A DNA stretch of 64,000 bases from sequence record MZ501268.1, one strand, 5' to 3'. Both the position numbers and the translations under genes were made by a program. This document shows positions 29,742 to 38,596 of this stretch, one piece after another. Under the pieces are notes generated by a model. The model saw nothing but the letters and a program-made list of their open reading frames with translations. It was not told the DNA's origin and ran no database searches. Each line of letters starts with the position of its first letter. Positions within the stretch are counted from its first letter, which is position 1.

Positions 29742-30533
29742 ATGTCACAGAAGAAAGGTGTCTCAGAAATTAAATTAACCGGGATCATGGGCAGCGATGG
29801 TTATTACCATATTGTATCAGGTGATACAACGTCACTAAACGCCAATGGTCGACATTACAACCCGGTAGTATTGCAGTATATGGTTAACGGCGATCGTTTA
29901 AACAGACGTGCTTTCAATACCGATGTTGAGCATCCGGTTTCACGTAAAACCCTGTTCCAGAAATACCTGGGTCTGGTGCCTGACGATGATCACTATCGCG
30001 GTACGCCTGCTCAGCGCCATCCGTTCATGCGTGCGATGGCTTTACGCTTTAGTGTAGCAATGGAGTCGGCGAGAATCAGTTCCTATCGCCAGACAGCTGG
30101 CGGTGACCGGATACACTATCTTCTACAGCAGTTCCACAACCATTACTTAAATGAAATGGCGGAAATAAAGGCAAGCCGACCTATTCCGATCGATTTAACC
30201 CGCTATGCAAGGCTGTTGAAGTGGGAAGCTGTAAAGACAGAAAGGCCAGTTGTAGGCATGTGGGATAGCGAGTTTGCCGGACTCTATTTCCAACCGTATC
30301 GGGCGGGTGTTGGTAAGTCAATGTTCTACAGCATGTTACCGGGCATCAAATTGCACCTGGGTGGTATTCACGCGACCATTGGAGGTCGTCCGTGGATCTA
30401 TGAAAGCAGTTGCATGGGTCCCGCTGGCTTCTGGCCTACCACGATTGAAGACGGTATGGCGCACGACGGACCGGCTATCACCGCTCAGTTCAATCGTGAG
30501 CGTATGGCGAAACCTAAGAAGGGGCGTGTATAA
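29742..30533 (+). CDS. Hypothetical protein
   Basis: 263 aa, AAGGA SD. Confidence 0.75.
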   Translation: MSQKKGVSEIKLTGIMGSDGYYHIVSGDTTSLNANGRHYNPVVLQYMVNGDRLNRRAFNTDVEHPVSRKTLFQKYLGLVPDDDHYRGTPAQRHPFMRAMALRFSVAMESARISSYRQTAGGDRIHYLLQQFHNHYLNEMAEIKASRPIPIDLTRYARLLKWEAVKTERPVVGMWDSEFAGLYFQPYRAGVGKSMFYSMLPGIKLHLGGIHATIGGRPWIYESSCMGPAGFWPTTIEDGMAHDGPAITAQFNRERMAKPKKGRV

Positions 30534-31597
30534 TGGCATTAGACCAAGAGTATTATGAAAAGGCACTGGGTGTCTTACTGCTCAAAGGTTTCTCTGATAC
30601 GGAAGCTGAACAGATCGCTCGCACACTCTCTGTACTGATCCCTATGCGTTTTATTACTGCAAAGGAATGGGATGCATTGCCAGCAGACCAGCGCCTGGTA
30701 AACGAGCAGGTAGAGAAGAATCTGACGTGGTTAGATCGCATCCCCGAACTGCAGAAGCCGGTGATCTACCAAATGCCGACTAACTTCACGTATACCACCT
30801 ACGGTCAGGAGTACGTACCCGGTACAGACTCACCGACGTTTAAAACTGGGCCGGACGGTTACACCCATCATCCGGTTGGTTGGGAAAGTGGGATTCGTGG
30901 TATGCCGGGAACAATAGGTGCTGAGGGGATTTCCTTTGCTGGTCACGGGTTTGTGCATAATGAGTTTAAATATGTACCGACTGTAGAACCACTCACTAAA
31001 CGGATAATGGTCCGTGTGGTTGACGGCGGTCGTAGTTCCGATTTGACGCTGAATGAGTTTATCGAGCGTATTGGTGGTTATGGCAAATTACCCATGTCCG
31101 TGCGTCAGGTCATTGATGACCTCTGTGCTGCTGAGGAGAACGGTATGAATTTCTTTGATGATTTACCAGCATTACCAGGCGGTGTTTCTAAAAAACGTGC
31201 TGCTGAACTTAAGCTTGATAATCTCGCTGACCTCGATGGGATCAAGCGCGCCTACCCGGATATCAATGACGCGGATGCGAACACGATCTCTAACGCCCAC
31301 CGTTTAGTTGATCAACACCTGGGTCGTGCCAAACGCGAACACGGTTTCTCGCCAAAGGTGCGTGATGCGATATCTGATGTGTTAATCAGTCTCAACGGAC
31401 CTAGGAAAACACAGCCAGAGGCATCAGGTGATGTGAAAATCAAAACCCACTTCACGCGTAACTTCGGTTGTGGCTTGTCCTTTAATGAACCGTTGTTTGG
31501 CCAGAGCTTCAAATACCCTACCGGACCACAAACCATGCCAGGGTTAGAGCGGGGACCGGACGGGAAACGCAAGCGCAGAAAGAAGGGTAAGCGATGA
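30533..31597 (+). CDS. Hypothetical protein with KRKRRKKGKR tail
   Basis: 354 aa, TAATG coupling. Confidence 0.75.
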   Translation: MALDQEYYEKALGVLLLKGFSDTEAEQIARTLSVLIPMRFITAKEWDALPADQRLVNEQVEKNLTWLDRIPELQKPVIYQMPTNFTYTTYGQEYVPGTDSPTFKTGPDGYTHHPVGWESGIRGMPGTIGAEGISFAGHGFVHNEFKYVPTVEPLTKRIMVRVVDGGRSSDLTLNEFIERIGGYGKLPMSVRQVIDDLCAAEENGMNFFDDLPALPGGVSKKRAAELKLDNLADLDGIKRAYPDINDADANTISNAHRLVDQHLGRAKREHGFSPKVRDAISDVLISLNGPRKTQPEASGDVKIKTHFTRNFGCGLSFNEPLFGQSFKYPTGPQTMPGLERGPDGKRKRRKKGKR

Positions 31598-32385
31598 GCC
31601 AGTCAAGCTGGGAAAGGTTATTTACTCGCTGGGTTGATGAGTACCCGGAGTTTAAAGAACAAGATAAACCTGTGGTCATGATCATCGTCGATTATGAAAC
31701 CGGTGCTGAGCAGAAAGCTTTTGATAAGATTGCCGCCACACAGACGAAGTTCCCGAATGTTATCCCACGTTTAATCAAGGCAAAAGACTTCACGCCTAGT
31801 TTTGTTAAACAATTGTACCAAGATAATATATCGTGGCACTACATCCATACTTCTGGCTCTTGCTATTACCCCGGCCACGGCAAGTACATCGATGGCGATG
31901 GTGAGTTATATGCACACCATGGTGGTGCTGGTGATCGGGGCTGTGTTATCCCTAACAATGGCTGGGTTGTTTATCAGGGTGATCCTGCTAACCCGCAGAT
32001 GCGCGGCAGTGGCAAGCGGTCGTTAGAAGAGGTTATAACGAAAGGCAGTCCTTACGACTACCCGTCAGTCATCCGAGTGGTCGGTGACGTCAGTCAGCCT
32101 GAAACGGTTAAACTGGCGCATACCGTAGCGAAAATTGTTCAGGGTAAGAACATCATGGTAGAGATCGTTGCCTATAAGGAACTGATCTATTGTGGAGACG
32201 GCGGTAATGAGCTCAACATCTCTTTACCTGAATACCAGGCAGAACACGAAGCCATTTGGGATAATATCCCTAAGCCCGACTACGACCATTGCCGTAATGG
32301 TGTGAAAGGCGAAAGAGGTGAACCAGGACCTTCTGGACCCCTGGCCTCTGTATTAGCAACACGACGCAGGAAGCGCACGTATTAA
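31594..32385 (+). CDS. Hypothetical protein with short Gly-X-Y stretch and basic tail
   Basis: 263 aa, ATGA coupling; GVKGERGEPGPSGP. Confidence 0.75.
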   Translation: MSQSSWERLFTRWVDEYPEFKEQDKPVVMIIVDYETGAEQKAFDKIAATQTKFPNVIPRLIKAKDFTPSFVKQLYQDNISWHYIHTSGSCYYPGHGKYIDGDGELYAHHGGAGDRGCVIPNNGWVVYQGDPANPQMRGSGKRSLEEVITKGSPYDYPSVIRVVGDVSQPETVKLAHTVAKIVQGKNIMVEIVAYKELIYCGDGGNELNISLPEYQAEHEAIWDNIPKPDYDHCRNGVKGERGEPGPSGPLASVLATRRRKRTY

Positions 32386-32416
32386 AACAAGTAACCCTTC
32401 TAAGGAGAAGTGACTT

Positions 32417-32749
32417 ATGTGTAACATGCGATCGGATTGGTTCGTTGAACGCGCACCAGGTTGTATTGATGAAGACCCGCATCTTGACCATCCGAAGATG
32501 CACGACCTGCTTTCACGTATCCGTGATTTTGTGAAAGAGAACGATGTCAAAGTCATCACGGCCAAGAGCCTGCTTGATGAGAATGGTGAGTTGTTGGTTA
32601 AACCAGAAACCGAACAGAACTTCATGTCTTATCTGTCTCCGCTGCCAGCTGATTATCAGGTGATGATCAACCGCGTGGCTAATGACAGCGAGCAAGAAGT
32701 TGGCGTGCGTATCCTGAAAGGACGTAAGCGTGACCCAAGACCTCGTTGA
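32417..32749 (+). CDS. Hypothetical protein
   Basis: 110 aa, AAGGAG SD. Confidence 0.7.
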   Translation: MCNMRSDWFVERAPGCIDEDPHLDHPKMHDLLSRIRDFVKENDVKVITAKSLLDENGELLVKPETEQNFMSYLSPLPADYQVMINRVANDSEQEVGVRILKGRKRDPRPR

Positions 32750-32960
32750 GCAACACGTCGAGCAGGCCAATCGTTATGAGGGGTCTACCGATGAATTGGT
32801 CCAACAGGTAAAAGATCGCATTGCACGGGGTGAGATTGTCTTCACTACCGGCGATGTGATTGAACCTGGTATTTGGACACCTGAGAAAATCGAAGAGTTG
32901 AAGTCTGTGCTTCGACATATTCGTGACTCAGAACAACGCATCAAAGGTGGCCAGGGGTGA
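32730..32960 (+). CDS. Hypothetical protein
   Basis: 76 aa, GTG start, coupled to the next gene. Confidence 0.6.
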   Translation: MTQDLVEQHVEQANRYEGSTDELVQQVKDRIARGEIVFTTGDVIEPGIWTPEKIEELKSVLRHIRDSEQRIKGGQG

Positions 32961-33454
32961 CGCCCTGGCTGTTATGCCAGTTAATTAGGAAAGGTAGCAT
33001 GGGAACATGTAGTATGATTACATTGGCATTATTATTCCTGGCGGGGATTCTAGGCGCAAGTTGTTGGTTCTTACGAATCGTGCAGTATGAAGCAAACCGT
33101 TACGCGATTGAAAGTGACAAAGCGTTTAAGCGGTTTTCTAACAAACTCCACAATGCCCTGGATATTCCCAAGGAACAACCACCGTTTGTGAGTAACATCA
33201 ATCAGGTTGAAGACGCACTACAGGCAACGGTTATACTTGTTGAAGAGATCTCAAATAAAATAAAAGATGAGACCTCACGTATTAAAGTTGAAAGCACCTT
33301 TATGATTGTTAGAGGTATGCAGACGGACATGCCGGTTAGAATCTGTGTAGGTAACACGGTTTTCAATTTATCTGAACACAACCACAACCACGTGGCGGTG
33401 ATCAAAACAATTGATGACCTTAACAACACATTGCGTAAAATCAATGAAAGTTAA
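32957..33454 (+). CDS. Membrane-anchored coiled-coil protein
   Basis: TM helix ITLALLFLAGILGASCWFL; start may be at 32999. Confidence 0.65.
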   Translation: MTPWLLCQLIRKGSMGTCSMITLALLFLAGILGASCWFLRIVQYEANRYAIESDKAFKRFSNKLHNALDIPKEQPPFVSNINQVEDALQATVILVEEISNKIKDETSRIKVESTFMIVRGMQTDMPVRICVGNTVFNLSEHNHNHVAVIKTIDDLNNTLRKINES

Positions 33455-33459
33455 CCGCA

Positions 33460-33492
33460 GATAGTTTCAGACCTATATAACCACCGTGATAG
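33460..33492 (+). promoter_or_regulatory. Early promoter
   Basis: GATAGTTTCAGACCTATATAAC...GTGATA. Confidence 0.7.
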
Positions 33493-33530
33493 ACCCCTCA
33501 ACCCAATTAACCTAACTGTAAGGATTCATC

Positions 33531-33971
33531 ATGAAATACGTTTACGCTACAATTATTGTCTTTGGTTTGTTCTTTGCATTTACTGTACAGGCTGAAGATC
33601 AGACGAGAGAAGTGGATGGTTGGTATGCGGAATACAATACAGCATCGGTGCATTATTCTGCGGCCAATAAGAAGGAACAAGAACTCACCATGGAGTGCTC
33701 GCTGGGTGACTGGACCTTTGCCTATGCAGACAAGATGGGAGAGGAAGTGAATTCAGTGGATGACAACATGACAATCCTCGTCGACGGTACAGCGTTTGCT
33801 GTGCCGAAGACAAAGGAGTCACGTGAGAAGCTTTATGCCGCGATTCAGCATGCCCGCCAAGGCATTCAGTTTAAGACACATCAGTACGGCGACTCTGATG
33901 TCTTCCCAGTCAAAGGCTTGACGGTAATGTTCAAAGACTTGCCGTTTGAAGTCAGTCCGTGCATGAGCTGA
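33531..33971 (+). CDS. Early exported (signal peptide) protein
   Basis: MKYVYATIIVFGLFFAFTVQA is a Sec signal with a VQA cleavage site; AAGGA SD. Confidence 0.75.
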   Translation: MKYVYATIIVFGLFFAFTVQAEDQTREVDGWYAEYNTASVHYSAANKKEQELTMECSLGDWTFAYADKMGEEVNSVDDNMTILVDGTAFAVPKTKESREKLYAAIQHARQGIQFKTHQYGDSDVFPVKGLTVMFKDLPFEVSPCMS

Positions 33972-34136
33972 AATTAACCCATCGGTTTATTAAGAGAAAT
34001 TAACCATGATCACCATTTACTGACCATGACATCACCATTGTTAAAGAGTATCGTGAATCTGCGTCTCATGGTATGCGAGACTTAGATCAACTTGCTCGTG
34101 AGCTATACGAGAAACACTTTGCAAAATGAGGTTAGT

Positions 34137-34538
34137 ATGGGCAATGCATATTGTAAGGTAGTCGCGATACACAGCATCTACGTACACAGCGCTGCGATGG
34201 AACTCGTCTCAGCAAAATACAAGAACTGTTTTCGTCTTGCCTATAACTTCCTGAATGCAACACAGCTCGCTCGTGAGTTACGTCTTGCATCCAAGAATAG
34301 CGAGATCCTGATTGTGGATACCAGTGAGTTTACCCGTAGAACACTGAACACACTCGGGGAGCAGTTTTACTGTATCTATCCTGGATCGGAGCAGGCAACT
34401 GACATCTCCATGAAACATCAGCGCAGTTGTCGTATGACGCCCAACTGTATGCATATCGAAATCCGCGATATAAAGGATTTTGAGAGCCTTAATTGGGAAA
34501 TACGACCTGATGCCGGGATAAGACTATCACACCGTTAG
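34137..34538 (+). CDS. Hypothetical protein
   Basis: Start moved to ATG 34137 (GAGG SD). Confidence 0.6.
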   Translation: MGNAYCKVVAIHSIYVHSAAMELVSAKYKNCFRLAYNFLNATQLARELRLASKNSEILIVDTSEFTRRTLNTLGEQFYCIYPGSEQATDISMKHQRSCRMTPNCMHIEIRDIKDFESLNWEIRPDAGIRLSHR

Positions 34539-34540
34539 AA

Positions 34541-34595
34541 CGGCATATAGGTCCTCCATTACGGAGGACCTTTTATGACACTTCTTTTTTTTTTT
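34541..34595. terminator. Bidirectional terminator
   Basis: CGGCATAT-AGGTCCTCC..GGAGGACCT-TTTATGAC plus a long T tract, between convergent genes. Confidence 0.75.
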
Positions 34596-34974
34596 ACTGC
34601 ACCAACCCCTGAGTGAGCTGGGAACTATATTGAATAGCATGATAGTTCGCAGATTTATCAAGTTGTTCGGTACAGCGATACACAGGAGTCTTCATAAAAG
34701 GGCAGCCTGCGTTGGTTAACGTTTCGCGGTTCTCGTGAGTCTCGTCAACCCGGATAACAACATCGGTGACTTGAAAGCCAAAGACTTCACGCTTGGTGGC
34801 GGTGTAACTCGCATCCAATACCACGATCTTACCGTTGAGCACGAGTTTGATTGCCACAGGGTACTTTGAGACAAACTGCGACCCTAAGCCTGACAGCGCA
34901 ACCTTTATCATGAACTTCTTAAAGGATTGCATCAACTGACTTTCACTAGCCCAACTTTTTACAATCTGCAGCAT
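34594..34974 (-). CDS. Hypothetical protein
   Basis: 126 aa, ends at the bidirectional terminator. Confidence 0.6.
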   Translation of the reverse strand: MLQIVKSWASESQLMQSFKKFMIKVALSGLGSQFVSKYPVAIKLVLNGKIVVLDASYTATKREVFGFQVTDVVIRVDETHENRETLTNAGCPFMKTPVYRCTEQLDKSANYHAIQYSSQLTQGLVQ

Positions 34975-35052
34975 GTGTGTATTTCCACTAATAAAAGGGA
35001 AGTTAAGAAAAGCAACCTGAGGAGTTATTCCATTGACTCCTCATAATGTATA

Positions 35053-35521
35053 CTACATGGATTCTATTTGCTTTTGAAGTTGCTTCAGTTGTTTGGCGTT
35101 ATCTGGCATCTCTGCATCAAAATCACGCAATGCTTCGATCATTGACTTACGCCTACAATAAGTATACTTCATCCATTTATCAAATGACAAACCGTATTTT
35201 TCAAGAATACCCGCACGCAGGTACTCCATCTCATATTTTCGCAACCCAACTAATGCCAACGGATCTTCTTGTTCCGTTTGTAAGATTAACGACAGCGGCG
35301 ACGGTTCCGTATTGTGATCAATGATCCCGTACGTATCATCGTAAAGCTCTGTTAATCGAATTAGTGGGTACTCCCAGTTCCCGGTGAGAAACTTAGGATC
35401 CTCTAATGCGACGTCCCATGCATCAGACCGGTCATCTGGGCTCAGGCCGAAGTCATAATGGATTAGATGTCGGCTTGCTCGAACGTCTGATTCAACGTAT
35501 TCGTCATTAGGGTAAAAAAAA
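35053..35521 (-). CDS. Start-less -1 frame extension of the 35463-37106 gene (gpT-like portion)
   Basis: The frame is open from the U8 tract (35521-35514) to TAA at 35053, with no ATG/GTG/TTG until TTG 35259. It encodes ...YLRAGILEKYGLSFDKWMKYTYCRRKSMIEAL. Confidence 0.65.
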
Positions 35522-37106
35522 CCCGACCGACGTTCAGCGGCGTATAGGCTGGGAACATCTTACTGATCAGCGGTTGTTTTTTACCACAGTGCGGACAAGT
35601 CCAGCGAGGGACAGCGACCACACCAATGGTTACGCGGTTGATGAACTCGTTCAGCTTTTCAAAGAACGGCTTACGCATTTCTTCTTTTGCACTGAACTGC
35701 TTCAGCAGCATTGCGATATCATCGCCTGAATCAACAAAGCTGCCGTCTTCAAACTCGATGCGCGTGATCCAGTGTGCGTAACCACGCATAGAGGACAGGG
35801 CCGCTTGTTTGTTGATGTGCTGCTCACGCTGCTCACGGGTCATGCTGTCATTGAACGAGTCAGTGATCGCTTGCTGAATGCCATTGATCCAGGCGTAACC
35901 TGCCAGGTTCTTATCTTCCAGCGATGGCACACGCAGGTAGAACTTCACCGCACCCACTTCGATGACGTTGTCTTTCATCACTTCAAACGCCGCTTGATAA
36001 GCCAGCACTTGTTCGACGGTACGTCCACTGAAGTTACTCATGTGTGAACGCTGTGTTGCAGACAGGCGTGAGTTATCAATGATCATCAGGCGAGAGATGT
36101 TCACTTTAGCTGCTTCAACATGAACACAGGTCTTCGGATCAGCAGCACAGGCCGTTACCAGGTTGTAACCTGATTTGAAGCGCGCACCCAAGTAGGCGTT
36201 AGCGATCAGATCCAGATCCTGTTCTTTGATCAGCGGCAGCAGGGTTTTCTTATCAGATACCCCAAGTGAGCTGTCAGTCACCATTCCCAGCAGGAAGTCG
36301 GACATGTGTTTACGCACAACCACATCGAGGTTGTTAAACACCATGCCATTGGTACGACGACCGAGTACACCCTTCTCAGCCATGATCCCGGTCTGCATGT
36401 CGACGAATTCATCATCGCCAGCTACCAGCATGGTTAACCAGATACCAGAGTGGGGTAAAGGAATGTGGATGTAGTCACCCATGTTCATGACCGCACGTGC
36501 ACGCATCACAGCCTGCGGGCCTGTCAGCAACTTAGTACCTTCGCTACTGGTCTTCACCGGTGGACGTGACACACCCTGCACTTTATCGCCGAGCAGAATA
36601 CCCTGCAACCATTGCGCACCATCTTGACGAATGGTCAGGTTGATACCCGCACGGTATGACAGGTTGTTGATGGCGTTGCTTGCCAGGGAGAGCCAGAGCA
36701 GTGCACGTTCCGCACCGTACAGACTGATGATCTCTTTCAAGATCTTCTTGTCATCGGTGTTGCTGTCGATCTCATTGATCAGCGCAGCAAAGGCGTCGAA
36801 CTCTTCATGCACGATAGACATGACATCACCGCCACCCATCGCTTCGATGCTTTTCAGCTTCTCGATGAATGGGTCTTTATAAAGCGCATCGATTGGTTGC
36901 TCAACCGCGTCTTCCTCTTCTGCTGGTTGTTCTTCAGCAGGATCAGCAGGAGTCTCGGGATCAGTACCTGCCGGCGGCGTTTCTTTGACTGGTGTTGGTG
37001 CAGGAACAGCAGCGCGACCTTTGGATGGATCGACTTCAGGAATAGCGCTGTGTGCGTTATCGTCTTCAGTGGCCACATTAGCAACAGTTGGGTTCTCGTT
37101 GGACAT
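35463..37106 (-). CDS. Putative tail/baseplate assembly chaperone-like protein with Zn finger (T4 gp26/gp51-like pattern)
   Basis: 547 aa; acidic N-tail, internal Cys cluster, C-terminal CPHC and ...VFF at a slippery site. Confidence 0.6.
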   Translation of the reverse strand: MSNENPTVANVATEDDNAHSAIPEVDPSKGRAAVPAPTPVKETPPAGTDPETPADPAEEQPAEEEDAVEQPIDALYKDPFIEKLKSIEAMGGGDVMSIVHEEFDAFAALINEIDSNTDDKKILKEIISLYGAERALLWLSLASNAINNLSYRAGINLTIRQDGAQWLQGILLGDKVQGVSRPPVKTSSEGTKLLTGPQAVMRARAVMNMGDYIHIPLPHSGIWLTMLVAGDDEFVDMQTGIMAEKGVLGRRTNGMVFNNLDVVVRKHMSDFLLGMVTDSSLGVSDKKTLLPLIKEQDLDLIANAYLGARFKSGYNLVTACAADPKTCVHVEAAKVNISRLMIIDNSRLSATQRSHMSNFSGRTVEQVLAYQAAFEVMKDNVIEVGAVKFYLRVPSLEDKNLAGYAWINGIQQAITDSFNDSMTREQREQHINKQAALSSMRGYAHWITRIEFEDGSFVDSGDDIAMLLKQFSAKEEMRKPFFEKLNEFINRVTIGVVAVPRWTCPHCGKKQPLISKMFPAYTPLNVGRVFFTLMTNTLNQTFEQADI

Positions 37107-37123
37107 TATGTTTTATCCTTACC

Positions 37124-37591
37124 TTACTCTTTTGTTGGATCGACCTGAACTGGGTCATTGACGGTGTTCTTGGCAGCGGTAGCAACAGCATTTGCGTGAG
37201 CACTGTCAGACATCGCGAGAATAGCGGCCCCGTGGAAAGCCATGGCATCGAGCAATTTGCTCTGCAAGATAACGTACTGCTCATTCACGCCCAGGAAGTC
37301 AGCGATGCAATCATCTTTCATTGCAAACCCGGTCTTGCCTTCGTGTTGTGCTTGAATGGCTGGGAGTTGTTTATCGAACTCTTCGACAATGGCGAGTGCT
37401 GCTTCCAGGTGTTGGTTCAGCGCCGGCACGTTTGGTTGGAAGCGAACGATGTTGGTGTTAACAGCCAGCAAACAAGTGTTTGACAGCTCGTTGCGCAAAT
37501 TAATCGTATAACTTGCGACAGAATTCAGGTATTCCCAGAACTGGTCCGGTTGATGGACCTCCGGGGCCAGAGGCGGCTTGGTGTTTGACAT
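37124..37591 (-). CDS. Helical hypothetical protein
   Basis: Start moved to ATG 37591 (AGGA SD). Confidence 0.7.
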   Translation of the reverse strand: MSNTKPPLAPEVHQPDQFWEYLNSVASYTINLRNELSNTCLLAVNTNIVRFQPNVPALNQHLEAALAIVEEFDKQLPAIQAQHEGKTGFAMKDDCIADFLGVNEQYVILQSKLLDAMAFHGAAILAMSDSAHANAVATAAKNTVNDPVQVDPTKE

Positions 37592-37684
37592 AATGGGTCC
37601 TATGAGGTGATTTATCTTGTGGCCTACATATATTGACACTACTAATGTCAATAATTACAACGTATTCGATTAAAAGGTATTGTC

Positions 37685-38596
37685 ATGAGTGAACTGACTG
37701 ACTTAACGAAACTGCAGGTTGATTTACCCCAGAACATCAATCGGGTTGATGAAAACGATGACGTGGGTGACTTCAGCGATTTGAATGATTACCTCATGAC
37801 AATCATCCCGGATATCCGTCGTGAGAAACTGATTTCCATTTGCCAGAACTTAGCCGCGTTACAATACCATCAAGTGCAGCCAGATGTTGATCGCTTGATG
37901 ATGATGGCTAACGAAGGGGAAGCCCCGTCTGTTGTGGATGACTTAACCCGGTTGTTATTTGAACACGCTTATGATCTGACCAAGAACATGGGCTTTAACT
38001 GGGCTGATGATATCGAGTTCCCACAGCTGCTGTTATTAGGTGATGTCATTGAAGGCGCCATGCTGATTGACGGGATGGAAGACTACGGTGATTTAACCGC
38101 AATCCTTGATGGCGATGATTCGGTAGAAGAGAAGGTTGTGGACATCTGGACCTTGGTGCTGGATAAAGACATGCACCATCTCTTTGACTTCATTGAGTCT
38201 ATCGAGCCCGCAGTGATCACAGGTATCAAGCAGGTCACCACACGCCCGTATGCGGCAGATGAGTACGAAGATGTCCAACGCCCGTTAGACTTCGTGGTGC
38301 AGCGTCTGGTTGCGTATCGACCCCACATGAAAGAAGACGGGATTGCTTACCAACACGTCGTACTGGGTGGCGCACTGGGCGTTGATTTGGAATCACTGAT
38401 CACCTTATATACTCCACAGTTGAATGAGGTCACTGATCACATCGAGTTGGCTGATCTGCTGTTGGCCTTTACCTTGATCAGTAATACCCCAGACGGGCTG
38501 GTGAAGTCAGAAGCCATGAAGCTTGCAGAAAAATGGATTGATGATATTGAGTTCATCAATATGGTTGGGACTCACATCGATAAGGCGCCTGTGTGA
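37685..38596 (+). CDS. Acidic protein, probably virion-associated (phiKZ gp79-like)
   Basis: 303 aa, coupled to the vRNAP subunit; synteny. Confidence 0.65.
   Translation: MSELTDLTKLQVDLPQNINRVDENDDVGDFSDLNDYLMTIIPDIRREKLISICQNLAALQYHQVQPDVDRLMMMANEGEAPSVVDDLTRLLFEHAYDLTKNMGFNWADDIEFPQLLLLGDVIEGAMLIDGMEDYGDLTAILDGDDSVEEKVVDIWTLVLDKDMHHLFDFIESIEPAVITGIKQVTTRPYAADEYEDVQRPLDFVVQRLVAYRPHMKEDGIAYQHVVLGGALGVDLESLITLYTPQLNEVTDHIELADLLLAFTLISNTPDGLVKSEAMKLAEKWIDDIEFINMVGTHIDKAPV

Noticed and set aside
32300-32345. Collagen-like protein call for 31594-32385
   Set aside because: Only about five Gly-X-Y triplets, too short to support a collagen helix.
35046-35324. Plus-strand 92-aa ORF
   Set aside because: It overlaps the minus-strand frameshift extension, whose sequence is more protein-like and fits the surrounding minus-strand operon.
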